Part shown: one piece after another, positions 26,796 through 41,431 of the stretch
Numbering within the stretch: position 1 is the first letter of the stretch
How the letters are laid out: every line of letters starts with the position of its first letter
DNA from: Podarcis cretensis
Lineage: Eukaryota
Assembly (NCBI GenBank): GCA_951804945.1
Contig: OX638153.1
Span: forward strand, 17,732,001 to 17,796,000
Length of the DNA stretch: 64,000 nt
Direction: 5' to 3'
Made by a program: the position numbers and the translations under genes
The notes under the pieces: generated by a model
Told to the model about the DNA's origin: nothing
The model's input: the letters and a program-made list of their open reading frames with translations, nothing else
The model's database searches: none

Positions 26796-27589
26796 GTTGC
26801 GGAGGGTCATACCCTTTTCATCCAAGGGACCAACAGCTTCTCTAGCTAGTTTCTTGCTACTAAGGTCTTCAAATAACTTCTTGGTGTTGTTAATATTTTG
26901 AGCTATGTTCTGCTCCTTTGGTTTCCCTTACTATATGCTTGCACTTACTTTGCCAAAGTTTTGTTCCTTTTCGCTCTCTTCATTTGGACAAGTCTTCCAT
27001 TTTTGAGGGACTCTCCTTCATTAGCGGTGGACTCTCCTTCAGCAGAGGTTCTTAAGCAGAGGGTGGTTGGCCAAAGAGCAGGAATGTCCAGAATTTCTAT
27101 TCATGGAGGAGAGATACTAGAAAAGTTGTATTTCTTTTGGGAGGGAAATACAATATTTTTCAATCTATACAATATGAAAAACAAAATGGCTTGTGTCTGC
27201 TGATTTGTCTCATCTGCATCCCTCATGTTAAAATTAGAACTGATGGTTTCAATCTGCCTTTATAAGGAACATGTTTATCATATTCTGTCTTGCTTCCCAA
27301 ATCAGAATTGTACATCGTGGAAGCTTCATCAAGCAATATTAATTCTGTTATCCACACTGTGAAGACTCAAAATTTCATAGCAATATTAAACACTTTAGCT
27401 ACTCCAGTGTTAAATGATACTCAAAGAGAATCTTCTCCAGCAACTAGCTATAATACATTTGAATAGTTTAAAAATACTGGAGTTAAAACCATTGATTTAG
27501 GGTCAGTGATACCTCCCTTGCATTTCAAGACCATTATAAATAGGAAACAAAAGCCTAAATAGGCAAAGTCATCCATTGAAAGGCATTCT

Positions 27590-27895
27590 ACCTCAGTCGT
27601 TAATGTGTGAGAAGAGGTGTCAACTGTTGCATCTGGCTAGATGGCACACCCAGTGATATAGAAACCCTTCGCTGAAATCTCAGATGTCTTGAATCTGGTG
27701 TGGATGCCAAGCTGGAGTCCTGGGCAGCTTTCTCCAGATCTACATGTGGAAGGTGTCTTCTCCATTCCAGGGTTTCTGAGGGCACTTGGTATGAGCCAGA
27801 AGTGCCCCAGGCATTCTTCTCTTGCCGAGTATTCTGAGCAGACCTGACCAATCCAGGAGCTCTGGATAGTTTGCCAATCGCAGGGCCCAATACAG
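27590..27895 (-). mobile_element. Decayed RTE-like LINE 3' fragment
   Basis: Minus strand carries a CxxC-like PTCRS motif and an SRLGIHTR-like terminal motif. Confidence 0.35.
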
Positions 27896-29189
27896 CATAA
27901 TCTTACTTCCTTCTATGCTTGAAGTGTCTCAGTTGAAGCAGTTTTTTCATGGCCAGCCCGCTTATGATGCAGGATGAAGCAACCGCCTTGAGCGGCAGAA
28001 GCTGAAGAGGCGGAGCCCCTGTGCTCACCCCCCCCCCCTCTCCACGACTGGCAGCATTGCCACTTCTTTGTTGTGATGGGGCAGGTGAGGCACCAATGGG
28101 GGCACCATATCTTTGCCTTTCCAGGCAGGGGCGGTGGCACAGAGCTGGCACATTCCCGTTTCAGCTCAGGAGCCAAAACAGATGGCGTGGCTTTGAAGTC
28201 ATATTTATATAGCAAGATTGGCCTTTTTTCTTTCTTTCTGGCAGGGCTCCTACTTTTAAACAGCAAGCAAAACTTCCCCACCTCTGTTGCCACCTTTGCA
28301 TTCTGGTGAAAGCTTCACCTGTTGAAAGCGACACCTCTGGATTTCTGATTCATACTCTGTGCTCCTTGACTAATGTTTGTTATTACTCTCTGGTGAAGAA
28401 AATGTACTCTGCACAAATGAAGATATATCCTCTCATTTGTTATTAAAAAGCTGAGCTCAGGCTTCAAAAGTTCCAGAGCTGAGCCCTGGCTCTCAAAGCA
28501 AGTCCTCTTGCTGCAGCTCTGGCCTGCTAAAGTTTGTGTTTGGGTCTCTCTGGGCTGATATTTTAGTATCTGCTTCTCCTCCTTACTATATTAGCAGTGT
28601 TGGCACAGGAAGCCCATTCTGATCTGGGGCCCAGTCCAGCTGCTCCAACATGTCTTTGCATTAATCTGTCCAAAGGCATACATAATAGATTATAAAGGGC
28701 TGTCTGTATTCTGTGGAGCTGCAAGTTCATGCAGAATGAGGCATCTCTCTGACAGCTGACTTAGACATAACTTTATAAATGTAAGTAGCAGATGGAAAAT
28801 GCACCCCACACACACACACACACACACACAGAGTGAACTGGTTGCGGATGAGATCAATTTATCAGTGGTGTGCATGTTAACCTCTGATAGTTGCTGTGTA
28901 TCAGAAGTAGAGGAGGGGGACTTCTGCCATCTGTTTTTCGTACCTTTTTTTAACACATAGAGAAATCCCCAGCCCTTTCATTTGCAATATAAAACTTCAG
29001 AATTGGTGGGCAGTGTCCACTGAAGGCTCAGGAAAAGTGAATTCAGAGCAGCCAGGAGTTGTGCTGTGTTTATCTTACCCTGCTCTTTTATATTCTTGCC
29101 CAGAGACTGAGGAGAGGCTAGAAAATGCTGTTAGATGACAGCTTGCACAGGGTCTTGGGATAGAAGGTAGAGTGAATTGTTGGCAAGAG

Positions 29190-29400
29190 GGATAGTGTGG
29201 TTTAGTGAATAGAGTCCTGGACTTGGAGGAAGGTTCAAATCAAGCTCCCTAGATGACCTTGGACTAGTTACGTTTCTCTACCTAACCTTACCCCCCTTAG
29301 GGTGGTTGTGCAGATAACCCTTAGGGTGGTTGTGCAGATAACATGGCAGAAAACCACATATAACACTCTGAACTCTTCAAAGAGTGTGATGGGCAGTTAT
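29190..29400 (+). mobile_element. Old tRNA-derived (MIR/Squam3-like) SINE with internal 24-bp tandem duplication (29294-29341)
   Basis: A-box-like gtgtggtttagtg, B-box GGTTCAAATC, core gatgaccttgg...ggttgtg. Confidence 0.6.
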
Positions 29401-29493
29401 GATTATAAGACCAGCCATCTGGAACTTTGTGAACCACAGAAGAAAAAAGTGTTGCATCTCATGTATGACTTGTGCTGGTCTAATGTACTGTAA

Positions 29494-29860
29494 GGGGATG
29501 CGGGTGGCACTGTGGTCTAAACCACAGAGTCTTGGGCTTGCCGATCAGAAGGTCGGCGGTTCAAATCCCTGCGACGGGGTGAACTCCCGTTGCTCAGTCC
29601 CAGCTCCTGCCAACCTAGCAGTTCGAAAGCACGTCAAAGTGCAAGTAGATAAATAGGCACTGCTGCAGCAGGAAGGTAAACGGCGTTTCCGTGTGCTGCT
29701 CTGGTTTCGCCAGAAGCAGTTTAGTCATGCTGGCCACATGACCCGGAAAAACTGTCTGCAGATAAACGTCGGCTCCCCCAACCAGTAAAGCGAGATGAGC
29801 ACCGCAACCCCAGAGTCGTTCGCGACTGGACTTAACTGTCAGGGGTCCTTTACCTTTACC
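29494..29860 (+). mobile_element. Full-length Sauria SINE
   Basis: Head GGGGATGCGGGTGGCACTGTGG, B-box GGTTCAAATCC, tail CCTTTACCTTTACCT; has an internal segment absent from the 6308 copy. Confidence 0.93.
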
Positions 29861-29963
29861 TACAAAAGTTGGGTTTCAGGTCTCTGCTTCTGTGTAATTT
29901 GCATATAGTGGGCAGTATTCAGCTGCCACCCAGAACCACACACTATTTAAGATTGCATTTGTG

Positions 29964-29964
<1 letters not shown>

Positions 29965-30000
<36 letters not shown>
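29965..30000. repeat. (GTT)n microsatellite
   Basis: Seen directly. Confidence 0.95.
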
Positions 30001-30001
<1 letters not shown>

Positions 30002-33000
30002 TAGTCGGAACCATGTCTGATCAATATTTGGTCACTTAAAGCACTTTCATGCAATGACACATTACTCCTTCTTTGGCGAACACTCGTAGCCGAGTAAGAT
30101 TGTCTTCCATAAATACGGTTTTAACAATGAGTCGGTATTTCTGGACACACCACAACCATGGCATTGTAATAGAAACAAGTGGCAGTTTTATTATAATATG
30201 TTTTGTGTTACCATTTCATCTGGTTCTTTGGTAGTTTTGTTTGGTAACTTCCCCGTATAACTTGGCTCAGAAAGCGCCTGTTTGAGTTCACACATGGACT
30301 GTGCCTTGTGTCAGCCACATCATCTGACAGATGGAACGTGATTGCTCAGCTTTAAAACATGCCGTCTGGGATCTGCATCAGTTCTCTTCTTAGAGTTTTA
30401 ATTCTTTCTGCATGCCTCTGACTAGTCTTTGGGCTTCAAATGTAACCATTCTGAATGAAAGAGATGAATGACCTTCTATTTTCATGGGTATGGGTCATTA
30501 TGGTAAATCCAGTTTGGGGCTTATTCTGTCTTCAAAAGAGAGGCCGCTTCTGGAGCACCAAAAGGGGAAGAATGGACAGTGCTCTTTTTTCCAGGACGGC
30601 TATCATAGCATAGCAAGGTCTGGAAATATAAAGGGACATTTATGCTGCTAACCCTGCAGATTTCCGGGCAAAATGCCCACCAACTTGGCTTTCAAGTGCA
30701 TGTTGATAAAAATTGATTCTTGGAAGTCCGGATGATTATGTGAAGTTGAAAGAGAAAAGGATTCTGCCTCAGGCAAGTGCCGGCCACAAAGCAATATCAA
30801 GAGATTTCAGAACTGTCCCCTGATCCCCCAGCATCTTGAGGCCCACTGGCTGATTTGGATTTTTGAGAAAGTGCCATGGGCGTCACCACAAACCAAAAAT
30901 CCTAGGGGCCCATAAGGAGCTGTGCCCCGGATCCATTTTTATGTCCAATGGCAGCTGTGTGAAGTGATGGCTCTTTAATCTTTACTGTGCAGTCTATAGA
31001 TACTCTAATTTGATGGTGGTCTGGGGAGCCCCGGATTTTTCTTTTATTACAGTACTCACCAGTACAGTACTTGGCTTAAGCAATGTGGCAGCAAAAAAAA
31101 TGCCAAAGTAGGTGAGAACTAATCTCCGAAGCCTAACTGTCCACATTGTTTCAGAAAGCGATGGTTTGGCGGACTGCGTTATGCAAACCAGCCTAGTGAA
31201 TTTACAAGGGTTCTTGGTAGCAAAGGCTCACTTCAGGAAATATTCAACTTTCATTCTAAAAAATACAAATCAGGAATATAATATTTATTATTATATTTAA
31301 ATCCTGCCCTTTATTCAAGCAGCACAAGGCAGGGTGCAGGGAGCACACACAAACACACACCTTATTACACTGTGGTGTGAAAAACAGTCTGATGAAGAGA
31401 GTCAAACTTCTCCTAAGCTGTGAAGCTGGCCTTGGACACATCACTGCCTCTCAGCCTAACCAACTTGAGTTACTGTGAGAGAATGATCACAAGTAGGCCA
31501 CCTCGAGCTCCTTTGTTATTCTAAACATATTTCATGCAGGTGATCTTTAAAACACAGAATTGATCATCTTTCTGTAAGCATTTATTATTTTTGTGCCAGT
31601 ATTCCAATAAACAATTTACCCCTGAAAATGAAGTAGGCAGGTTAGGTTGCTTCCAGATGGCCTCTTTATTGAGCATCCATCCTGATTTGTTTGCAGGGGA
31701 CTTAGGCGATGTCAGGTATTTACTGAGCATTCATTCTGATGCAGTTGAAGGAAGTTATTACATTGGGTCAAGCAATCATTATCCCACACTTTCCAGTGCA
31801 TTTTCCCATCCATTATCACGAAAAGTCTGCTTTGGAGCAGTGGGATGGATTTGTTGCACAGCACCTACCAATGGACTATAATTGCACATCTTGAATTTGC
31901 CAGTATTTGACTGAATCCCACCCAAAATAGTGATAGTCTGGAAGTGCCCTTGTTTTGAAAGGGGAAATGTGTAACAGACATGGTGTTGTCCATGTTTTTG
32001 AAATATTAAAAAAGTCCTTGACAAGATGGATTATGTGAGAAACTGATCATGTCAAGACAGGAAGCTGAAAAGAGCAGCCATGCTGTGTCAAATTTCTGTG
32101 GCCTTCAGCTGATGTTTCTTGGCAACTGGGCCTCTCACCCCCTAAAGGGAGAATAAGTCTGTGGTGGATCAGAAGATCTGGTCTTGAATGGTCTATGTGC
32201 CTTGACTATTTGTAGGGCACATTGCAATACATTGTTTTTTATGAATGCACAGATGCACCACAGTAACCCTGCAGAGGAATATGCTAATAGTTTTTTCTGT
32301 TATAACATGCAGCTATTGCAATTGGTATAAAGAGTCAACAAACAGCCTGTCTGACCTTATGGAGCTATTTTAGCTGTATCAGGACAGCTAAAATTGGGAT
32401 TGTTCTTGGAGGTGTAAAGGTCAGCAGGGTTCTCCCATAATCCACTAAGCACCATCCTCTGCCCCTATCCCACTAGACTCCATCTCTGGAGTCTTAAAGT
32501 TTTGAACCTGAAATCCAGAACCCGATTTAAGAAAGCCAATCATGGAACAGACTCTCCAAGACCTGGCCATGTGCATTGTGGCCAGCAGACAGTTGGTTTT
32601 GGTCAGTCAGGGTCCACCTCCAAGGTTCCTGGAACAAGCTGATATTAGAAGAAATTAGATATTAGCTTGGAAGATTAAAGGAAACAGATTTATTCCATTG
32701 TCCCTTCAGCCCAGGGACATTGTGGTGGTGGTGTTAAAAAAATCCAACATCCACAAAAAGCTGGTTTGTAGCACATAGCATTGAGACTGGCTGGCTTTTC
32801 ATTGAGTGAGATACATAATCTCCCTAAATTTCATTTCTTATAATCCCACCATGCTAAATACACATTATTTCAAGTTGTGTCTCAAGATGCTTGGCAGTAG
32901 GAGTCTAGGGATCCTTGAATCAGATGAGGCACTTCAGCATTTAAGGGATCTCTGGTGAATGTACCTGTTGGCAAGTTGAAACTCAGGCCCTCCCTTCCTA

Positions 33001-36000
33001 GTTCATTTCCTCTGGGGCAGGAAAGAAAAAGGGTTTCCAAAGGTGCAAGAGACAATAATACGGCTGATTCACTTTCCCAGGTTATTGTAAGCATTACTGG
33101 GACAATATATGTGAGTACTGTACTTCAAGCTCTCAAAGGGTTACTTTTGGGTGAGACTTTTAGTTGACTGAGATGCCATGAATCGTTCAATTACAAGATG
33201 ATGGTTCAGGGCTCTGATTTAACACTGCACAAGTGCAGAACAGTCAGATCTATGTTCACATAGCCCTATAAAATAAGGTGCAATTGCACTTAGCTCCCTG
33301 CTACAGCTTCTAAATAGATGATTAGCACAATTGTACCTTGTTTTGCATGGTTATGTGCACAAGCACCTGCTGGTATATTGGGCTGGAAATCACGTGTGCT
33401 ACTTGTTTGCACACATAATTCCCTGGCAAGCTGTGGCGGTGTGTGCACACGTCTGCTTCTATATGCATATGACCCCCAACCTAAATATGCATTATATCAT
33501 GGGGGAAAGAAGGAAGAAAAAAGCCACACAAGTATAGCTCCTTGGTTTTTAGAACACAAATACATAAATTTTTAATCTGAGAAAAATACAAAATGAAACC
33601 ATGTACAAGTTATGTACAAACCCTTTTTACAAGACAATATATTTATCACTGGATATTACATATGACAAAGTCAGGTAGATCATTTCTGAGCACCAGCATT
33701 TGCGTACTCTCTTTCTCTCCCTCCAATCCTTACTCAAACAAACAAACAAAACAAATGATGAAGCCACACTCCTTTTTCTTGATGAACTTTGAGTTAACAC
33801 CCCTGTTTCCCCCCCTGTTGTCCCTTCGGGAGAAACAGCTGGCTAAGACAGATGCCTCTGTAAGTCATAGTCCCATATTTGCTTCATTGCTGGGCCGTGA
33901 GGAGAATGGGTAGGCCACCTCTGATAATTCACAAGATTTCTAAATCTTGACTGCAAGGTTTTCATGACAAGCTGTTTAAAATTTGCCACTTCTACAACAC
34001 ATGTATGTCATGGACAGTATCCCAAAGGAGAAGTTAATTTTTCAAAAAGATTGCTTTGAAAATGTAACACAAGTCTACTAAACCTCACCTTGGAAACATC
34101 TGATGACTTTTGTCTAATGATTTTTTTTCTTGTTCTAGTCTATCTTCCTAAACTGCATTAAGGTACCAAACTAGTGTTTCTCCTTCAATTTCAATTAGAT
34201 GCATTTGTGCAGTTTTCTTTTCTCATTTGAAGGCCTCCAGACCATAAATTAATTGGGAATGAACCTGGGTGAAATGGAACATGCAACAATAGCTGCCACA
34301 AAACAATACGAAAGTTTGCTTGCCTCACAAACCCACTGGGAAGCATGTTTGGGTGATCAGTGCATAGAGAGCGCATTGCTGCCAGGGTTTAATGCTTATG
34401 CCTGCTCTTGGGAGGCACTTTAGCATGGGCATAGCACTCGAGAGTGAGGGAGCCTGCCAAAGTGAATGCAACTAGGCAGGCTTAAGAGTGCTTCACTGGT
34501 CAGTTCTCGAGGGTCATATGCATGTAGGTTGGCCAGGTCAATTTTTCAGGAAACAAGGCGTGCTTGGGACTAGTAGTATCTGAGATGAGGGTATTTCTTT
34601 GTGGAGTTTGTGGAAATGGGACACATGGAAGTAAGGAAAAACTAGTTACCCTGATACAGCATGGCAGCAGACTGCCCCTTGCACAGCTGCATCACACACA
34701 TCTGGCCACGTTGGTCACGGGTGAGATTGGTCTTTCTTCCCCATGTAGATGGAATGGTAGGATTCTGCAAAAGGGGGCGATGCTTTAAAGTGTAGGACAA
34801 CTGGTGACCCTGGCAGGTGCATGCCGCAAATGGAGCCCTTAAACTGCTGCTACTTATGTGTGGTGTACTTAAATATTTGAAGACCCTATAAGGTATTTAA
34901 AAGGAGGAGGTGGCCGACCTGGCTGTGGACAGTGTCATGAATGCTCAATTTTGAAAGCATGGATCATTAACCCACTTGTAAGTTATTGCTGTTGTTATGT
35001 GGCGAGTTCTGCAGCTTATTATTGCAAAGTACCTTAAGCACGTGTTTCTGCAAATAAAGCCCTCAAGTTTACCCATTTTGCTTGCCTCTCAGTGGAATCC
35101 CCACCACATCAGATTAATAGTTAGACGCTAATACTGTTTTCTGAATTTCCTTTAAAAATATAGTGAAAGCTTTCTGTGGTTGCCTTCTGCATCACTGCTA
35201 AATAGTGTGCTTGAGGAAATACCTTTCATCCTTGCATTCTCACCTGCTTCTGCTTGCTTAACTCTTTATCCTTAGCTGAGTCTCAAGAAAGAAAGAAAAA
35301 TGCACAAAGAAAAAGTCTGCATTGGCAGGGGCTGAGGGGACACGACATAAGTCCCCCCTTACTTGTGTTCATCCACTAGTTCCTCAAGGCAACTGGCGAC
35401 TTGGTTCTCTGTTACTGTGGCCTCTTTCTCTAGATCTAGAATGGCTAACTCTTTGATATACCCTGGATGGAGAGAGATCCCATAGCAGTTTCTTCTCCAG
35501 TGATTCTTACTAAGTAGTGCTTAGAGGGAGCTGAAACAAATGAAGAAAAGACTCTTCTTCAATTCAATTCAATTCAATTCAACTCATCTGTGAATGACAC
35601 AGTGCAACAATTAAAGTGAAAGAAGCAGCTAATTGCACAGTATGCACTTAAGAATGTAAGAATCTCTTTGTAGTCCATTTAATCCAGCCTTCTGTCTCCA
35701 GCAGTTACCAAACCCCTACAATATACACAATAAAAAAGCAAGCAGGGCACAGTGAAGATAACCATCTGACATTGTTTCATCTCTGGCATCTACTAATTAG
35801 AAGTATGCTATATCTGAATATAGATCTTCCATGTTTTAGCTATCATGGGTTATCAGCCACTGACAGACTTGTCTTATATGCATTGGTATAATGTTGAATT
35901 ATAGAATCATGTGTGGCTCTTGGAGTCATCACACCTTATGGTGCAAGACCATTAAGAGGTTGTCTCTTGAATTTTGCTATGTGGCTGCTAATCCAGACAA

Positions 36001-37678
36001 CATCTGAAATTACAGATGCATAATTCAATGGAATTGGGGGAGGCTTGCAGCTCTACCTTCATTAATTGTCGTTTTCTACCAGCAGAACTGGAGGATTGAC
36101 TGTCTAGAGGCAATTCACCTATGTGCAAACCCTTTCCCAATATTTTTCAGTTCCAAAATTTAGTTTTTCATTTCATCCTCAATTCAAAGCACAGGAAAAC
36201 ATCTTTAGACTTGGCTTTATTCTTCTCTGATTATTATCACTAAGCAGCCCGTGAGCTAGCGTGTGCAAATATTCACAGTGTGTGACTGATGGCACAAGGG
36301 GATAAGAAACTGGGATCATGTTTGCAGGATAGCCATGTGTTTGTGGTCCTGCCTGTGCAATAGCCAATGCTTGTAGGCTCTGCGTGTATGAGAGCCACCA
36401 CAAGGTAGCGGCAGAAAAACCACCTTCTGTTGAATATAAATTTGTGGGCATCTCTTTAGCTAGACACCACTTATCTGACTTTGTTTAATTTCTCTGTTGC
36501 CTAGGCAAGGGCTGGTGGGGATGGAAGGCAGGTGCTCAGCAATAGGTGGCAGCAGAGCCAATGGCAGGCAGAGCCAACAAATGCCATTTCCATCTTCCTC
36601 CCTGGTGAGTTCTACAAAAGCATCACTGAGACTAAGGAGGATGAGGATGACGGCAAGTGCTGCCTTTTGGACCAGTTGTGAACAAGAAAGGCAGGCAGAT
36701 GCGGGATGGCTGAGGGACCAGCCTCCACTGTATCTAGATTTGTAGGCCCAGTTTGCATGTAATGCTAAGAATAAATATTGATTACAGCTCATGGTTTGTC
36801 GGGAGTGAAGCACGCCATGAGCTTGAGTTCAGACATAATGTTAACCTGCAAAAATGGCTTAGCCCTGGAGTGGCTAGGTGTTGCATGTATAACTGGTTGC
36901 AGTCACACAGAAGTCATCATTGCCTGATGTATTTGATGTGTGTGTTGGGGTGGGGGAATACTATCCTGGGGCATAGTCTGAAGGCACTTGATGATGCAAT
37001 TTTGCTGAAGCTAAGCAGGTTTGGCTCTTGGCAATGCCTCTCTGAGTAACTGCCTGGAAACAGCTTGCACCCTGCCTTCAATTCTGTTACAGAAGGAAGG
37101 TGGAATATAGATGTAAAATATCACTTGTGGAACTGATTAGTTCATACATGAAACTGCCCTCATATGAAAAGTTCCAATTCTCTGAGGCTGCATATTAACG
37201 TGGAACAATGTAGTGTGTGATCCAGGCGGGCATGGCCAACTGGGAATGCTACTGCTATCATGGAAACTGTTGCCAATGAAGGCTGAATTCAATCTTCCCC
37301 AGGGCTGTCTGTGTGTCCTCTATATGAAATGTATTAAAGTTTTGTACTCACTCAAGGCAGTCCATATTCTGCACCAAAAACCTGAACTTCTTACAAATTG
37401 TGCAAACTAAGTACAGTACCTTTTCCAGTTTCCCTCATTCTGTATATGTTATTTTGCAGTATTTGTTATATTGAGTCATGCATTCTAATTTTGCAAGATC
37501 TGGAGAAAAGCAAGGAACTGTGCTTAAAGGCCAATAGAGTCCCCCTGCCCCATGCTGATTTCTGAAAATCTGTTTCAGCCATCCTCTCTGTTGAGTGAGA
37601 TTTAAACAGACTTACCTATACTCAGAGACTTTCAAATATACCTTCATAGCAATAAGGGCTAGAAACTTGTTTAAAATA

Positions 37679-37718
37679 ATACATACATACATACATACAT
37701 ACATACATACATACATAC
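37679..37718. repeat. (TACA)n microsatellite
   Basis: Seen directly. Confidence 0.95.
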
Positions 37719-40017
37719 TAGAAAGTGAGCTGAGATTCTCAAGAAATTCTATCTATACCTAAGGCCACATTTTGTACTTTCTCTCAACCCACTGAATTGG
37801 AGTGCATACACAAGTCCTTGCCTATCCATATCCAGTCATTCAAAGCTATTAGCAGTCACAAGAAGGAAATCATAAGAAAGCTTCCACTATAATTCCAATC
37901 TGTGATCATCTTTGCTTGGGCTTATCTGTGTGTTGTATTTATTTACAGTCTACACCTGGACCTGCCCAATTCTTAATAAAGATGCATTGCACAGCTGAGC
38001 TATGAGTGCCACTCTCTATTATTTCAACTTCATTGTTATAAAACTTTCTGCTTTATGTAACGTGGCCAAAGAAATAGAACGGTGAGCTTTTTTTTCTTTA
38101 CAGGTAATTTAAACTGATTTAATTCCTGTTCTTTGCTCTCAAAGCAGACAACCACTTGGACCCAAATTGAGTGAATTCTCTTGGCATTGAGGCATATTTC
38201 GCTTTTTTGTGTCTTGCAGTTCATGAATGAAAAAGGAGTACAGACTCAGGCACAACCCACATGTGTTTGCACAACCTACACAGGCTGCAGTTTAGCCTTT
38301 GCAAACGGTCTGGGTGGATTGTGCCCTTTGGGGGGGGGGAATTTAAATGACCTAAAGCAAAATCCAGAATACAAATTGCAGCCTGCCTGTAGACTTATAC
38401 TTCTCAAAGCTAAAACCCACCTTGGTTTTGGGTATTGTGATATGGGTATAAAACAAACTGCTGTTCGTTTGCTCTTTGTGAGGAAAGTGGTGATATAAGT
38501 ACTTTTGATAAGCAATCCAATTCCCCATACATTATAATTCACAGTTCTTAATTTCCTCTCTCTTTTGAAAAGCTAATTCTACAAAACATAATGACAAAGT
38601 AGTCACAGTCCAAGAAGTCACTCCGGAATTAAGTCTATTAGGTGTGAGTATGAATATATTTGTACTGCAGCCAGTAGACAAACATTAAAGCTGAGATAGT
38701 TTTTAGCTTAAAATAGTGGGTTATATAGTGGACAACTTTATCTGCTCAGTACTCGTTTGATTCACTGATATTACTCTAATGATAACAATATCACAGAATG
38801 TTTAATCTCAGCGTTGGTTTTTTTTTTTACAACTTTGCACAATTACAAAGCCTAAAATCAGCTTGTGTAGTGGAACCTGATGCCAATCTCTTGCCTTTGC
38901 CTGATTGTGTCCCCCTTCACTTCAGGAGATCATCTGCCCCAGCTCAGCCTAGATCAGCAGTTCGTAATTTAAACCGGAGAGAGTTGCTAAATTATTTAGA
39001 GCCTCAAATGCTGGAGTGACCATATATTGCAGCACAGATATGAAACATCACCATTTTGCCTGACGGCTAGAAAGCTTGTTGGCCGTTTTGTAGAAAAAAC
39101 TCCTGGCGACCTTTCCTACAGGCCTTTTTTTAAAATATTCTATTGAATACATTCATTATTCTTTGTTACTACAGTTATGCTTGTTTTGTTGTTACCTTTA
39201 GGGGCAGAGTCCCAAAAGCTTGGAAATTAAAAGTTTTATTTCTATCACCTAACAAAGGAAGACAGAAATTAGGTGGCTGCAGCATAGCATGAGCAGTGCC
39301 TGAACTACAATGTTTACATCACAATTAGAGCTCACCTAATATCTGGATGTATTGCGATTGGGAGGCTGGATTCGGCTTTTGCAAGCACGAGAGGCCATTG
39401 GCAAGTTGTGGTATGGAAATTAGTTTTGTCACCTTTCGGGCTGCAAGACCGGAACTCCAGCTTATCTTTTGCTAAACACAGTTCCTGGCATATATTACGA
39501 TCTGATTCCTTGTCTCCCACCCCTTAAAAATCAAAACAAAATAGGTTGGGATTAAAGGCCTCTGAATCTTGGTGATAAACTTGAAATTTCCATGCTTGAC
39601 CCCTTTGCACCGAGATGTGCTAATCATAGTCAACATGAAGCAATGAAGGGAAGCAGCATTTCTTCTTCCGCTTTCTGGGTAGTCCCCATTAGACTCTCAT
39701 TTATTTGCTGCATTTTTGTTTTATGCTATGCTAACGTCCGCTACTTTATTGCCACTATTAGCCATTTATGTGATATTGGACTTTCTATTTACCTGTGAGG
39801 AAGATGCTCTGTATGAACATCTGTAGTAACTATTGGAGCAATCCCATGCATATTTACTCAGAAGTAAGACCCATTGTGTTCAGCGGGGATCACTTCCAGG
39901 TGAGTGTGCACAGGACTGCACCATATGGTAGTAATCTAATGGATAATTTCAGAATGAAGTTAATTTTACAAAAATAGGACGTTTCCACTTTTTTTTTCCA
40001 AAATAAATATGCTTCAG

Positions 40018-40596
40018 TTTATTAAGAGCTGGTGTCAATGCTAAACAAAATACACATCTTCCAGGAAAGAAACATTCTACTATGCTCTTCTTTGTTACTT
40101 CTTCTTTGAATTACTAAAATACAAGTTGGACCTTTTTAAAATACATAATTTTTCTCTCTAATTACATTTTTTTTCTTTGTTTTGTGACCATCATTCTCCT
40201 GAAAGACATGAAAAGGAGCAGGAATATAATATATATATTTTGCTGGAGTCTGGCCACATTTGTAGCTGTTTTGTTAAGGGAAAATACTTGACAGTGAAAT
40301 AAAGAAAAAAATATATTTTCTTTCTAATAAATAAAAATAATTTAGAACGCTAGAGGCTATACATGACTGCTTTGATTATGTTGTTTTATAAATGAAATAG
40401 TTTCCAAAATACATGGAAGCAAATATTAAAGGCAGACAAACAAAGATCTGTCTACTTTGCTTTCTGGCAAACACTTGCCTTTCTTTAACTTTTCCCACCA
40501 GTGGTTCGGCATGAAAGAGGAACAAATGTCACATCACCATTCATGAAGTCTGTCAAGTTGTTGTTTTAAAAAAAAATAGTTCTGGCCTTCTGTGAG
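40018..40596 (-). other. KCNMA1: Probable distal 3' UTR (VYR/DEC isoforms) with candidate AATAAA at 40018-40023; may extend further
   Basis: AU-rich, TE-free sequence after the DEC stop; hexamer present. Confidence 0.5.
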
Positions 40597-40751
40597 TCAA
40601 CATTCATCTTCAACTTCTCTGATTGGTGGTATCAAGCTGCTTGTAGACTTATACTGATTGATCTGATTGGCCATGTGTGTACTCATGGGCTTGATTTGAA
40701 TGTTTCTGGGATAGGCATTATCCGGCTCATCTGTAAACCATTTCTTTTCTG
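40597..40751 (-). CDS. KCNMA1: KCNMA1 terminal exon, DEC frame: (A)EKKWFTDEPDNAYPRNIQIKPMSTHMANQINQYKSTSSLIPPIREVEDEC*
   Basis: Direct translation matches the recalled VEDEC tail; tandem acceptor ctcttTAG CAG (exon start 40751 or 40748); TGA at 40599-40597. Confidence 0.96.
40727..40751 (-). CDS. KCNMA1: KCNMA1 terminal exon, VYR frame: (N)RKEMVYR* when the microexon is skipped
   Basis: AA+C AGA AAA GAA ATG GTT TAC AGA TGA; TGA at 40729-40727; known EMVYR isoform. Confidence 0.93.
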
Positions 40752-41254
40752 CTAAAGAGCAAAATGGATAGAGAGACAGAACAAGGGAGGAGGAAAAGGA
40801 AAAGTTTAATTAGTGCCATGCCAAAAGCAGTTGAGAAAAGTGCAGGGTGCGGGCGGGGGGAAGCAATCAATAGAAAGTGACTTTGAATAATGGCTAGCAG
40901 TGAAGTGCTGTAGATTTTATAAACCCAAGAACACTGATTAGAAGAGAGGGTGGAACGTTTGCAGGCTTGAAAGCAAAGGGTTAAAAAGAACTGGCAGGTG
41001 ACTGACTCATTTGTGGAAGGTGACCAGAGCCTTCAACATGGTGTCAGAAGTGCTGCCCTCTATTTTAATGTGATTAGTGAAATGACTAGTGATTGGCTTT
41101 TAGAAAAGCACTACCTGGTTTAAACTTGAATTGAAATGAATTTGCCGCAATACATTTCTCTCAAAGAGTCCCCATTGTGACTTTCTTTGTCAGATACTTT
41201 ACGAGTGCTTGATTATCTGAACAGTGTTTAATATTTCACAGATGATTTCTAGTA

Positions 41255-41431
41255 CCTTATTTACTTGAGACTAATGCACCACCAAATCTAATGCATGCCT
41301 CAATTTTCAGAACCTTGAAACAAAACAAAAAAAGTATTTGCTGGTGAATGTGAATGTGCATTGAATCTAATCTTAATTTTCACAATGTAATTTGGCCAAT
41401 AAAGGTGAGCATTAGATTCGAGTAAATACGG
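41255..41431. mobile_element. Tc1/mariner-type MITE, family 2
   Basis: Ends CCTTATTTACTTGAGACTAATGC / GCATTAGATTCGAGTAAATACGG, TA flanks; second copy at ~63494-63637. Confidence 0.75.

Noticed and set aside
1-38000. Exons of a neighbouring gene such as LRMDA
   Set aside because: No ORF or splice-bounded segment with recognisable protein similarity; the listed ORFs are short, random or microsatellite/TE-derived.
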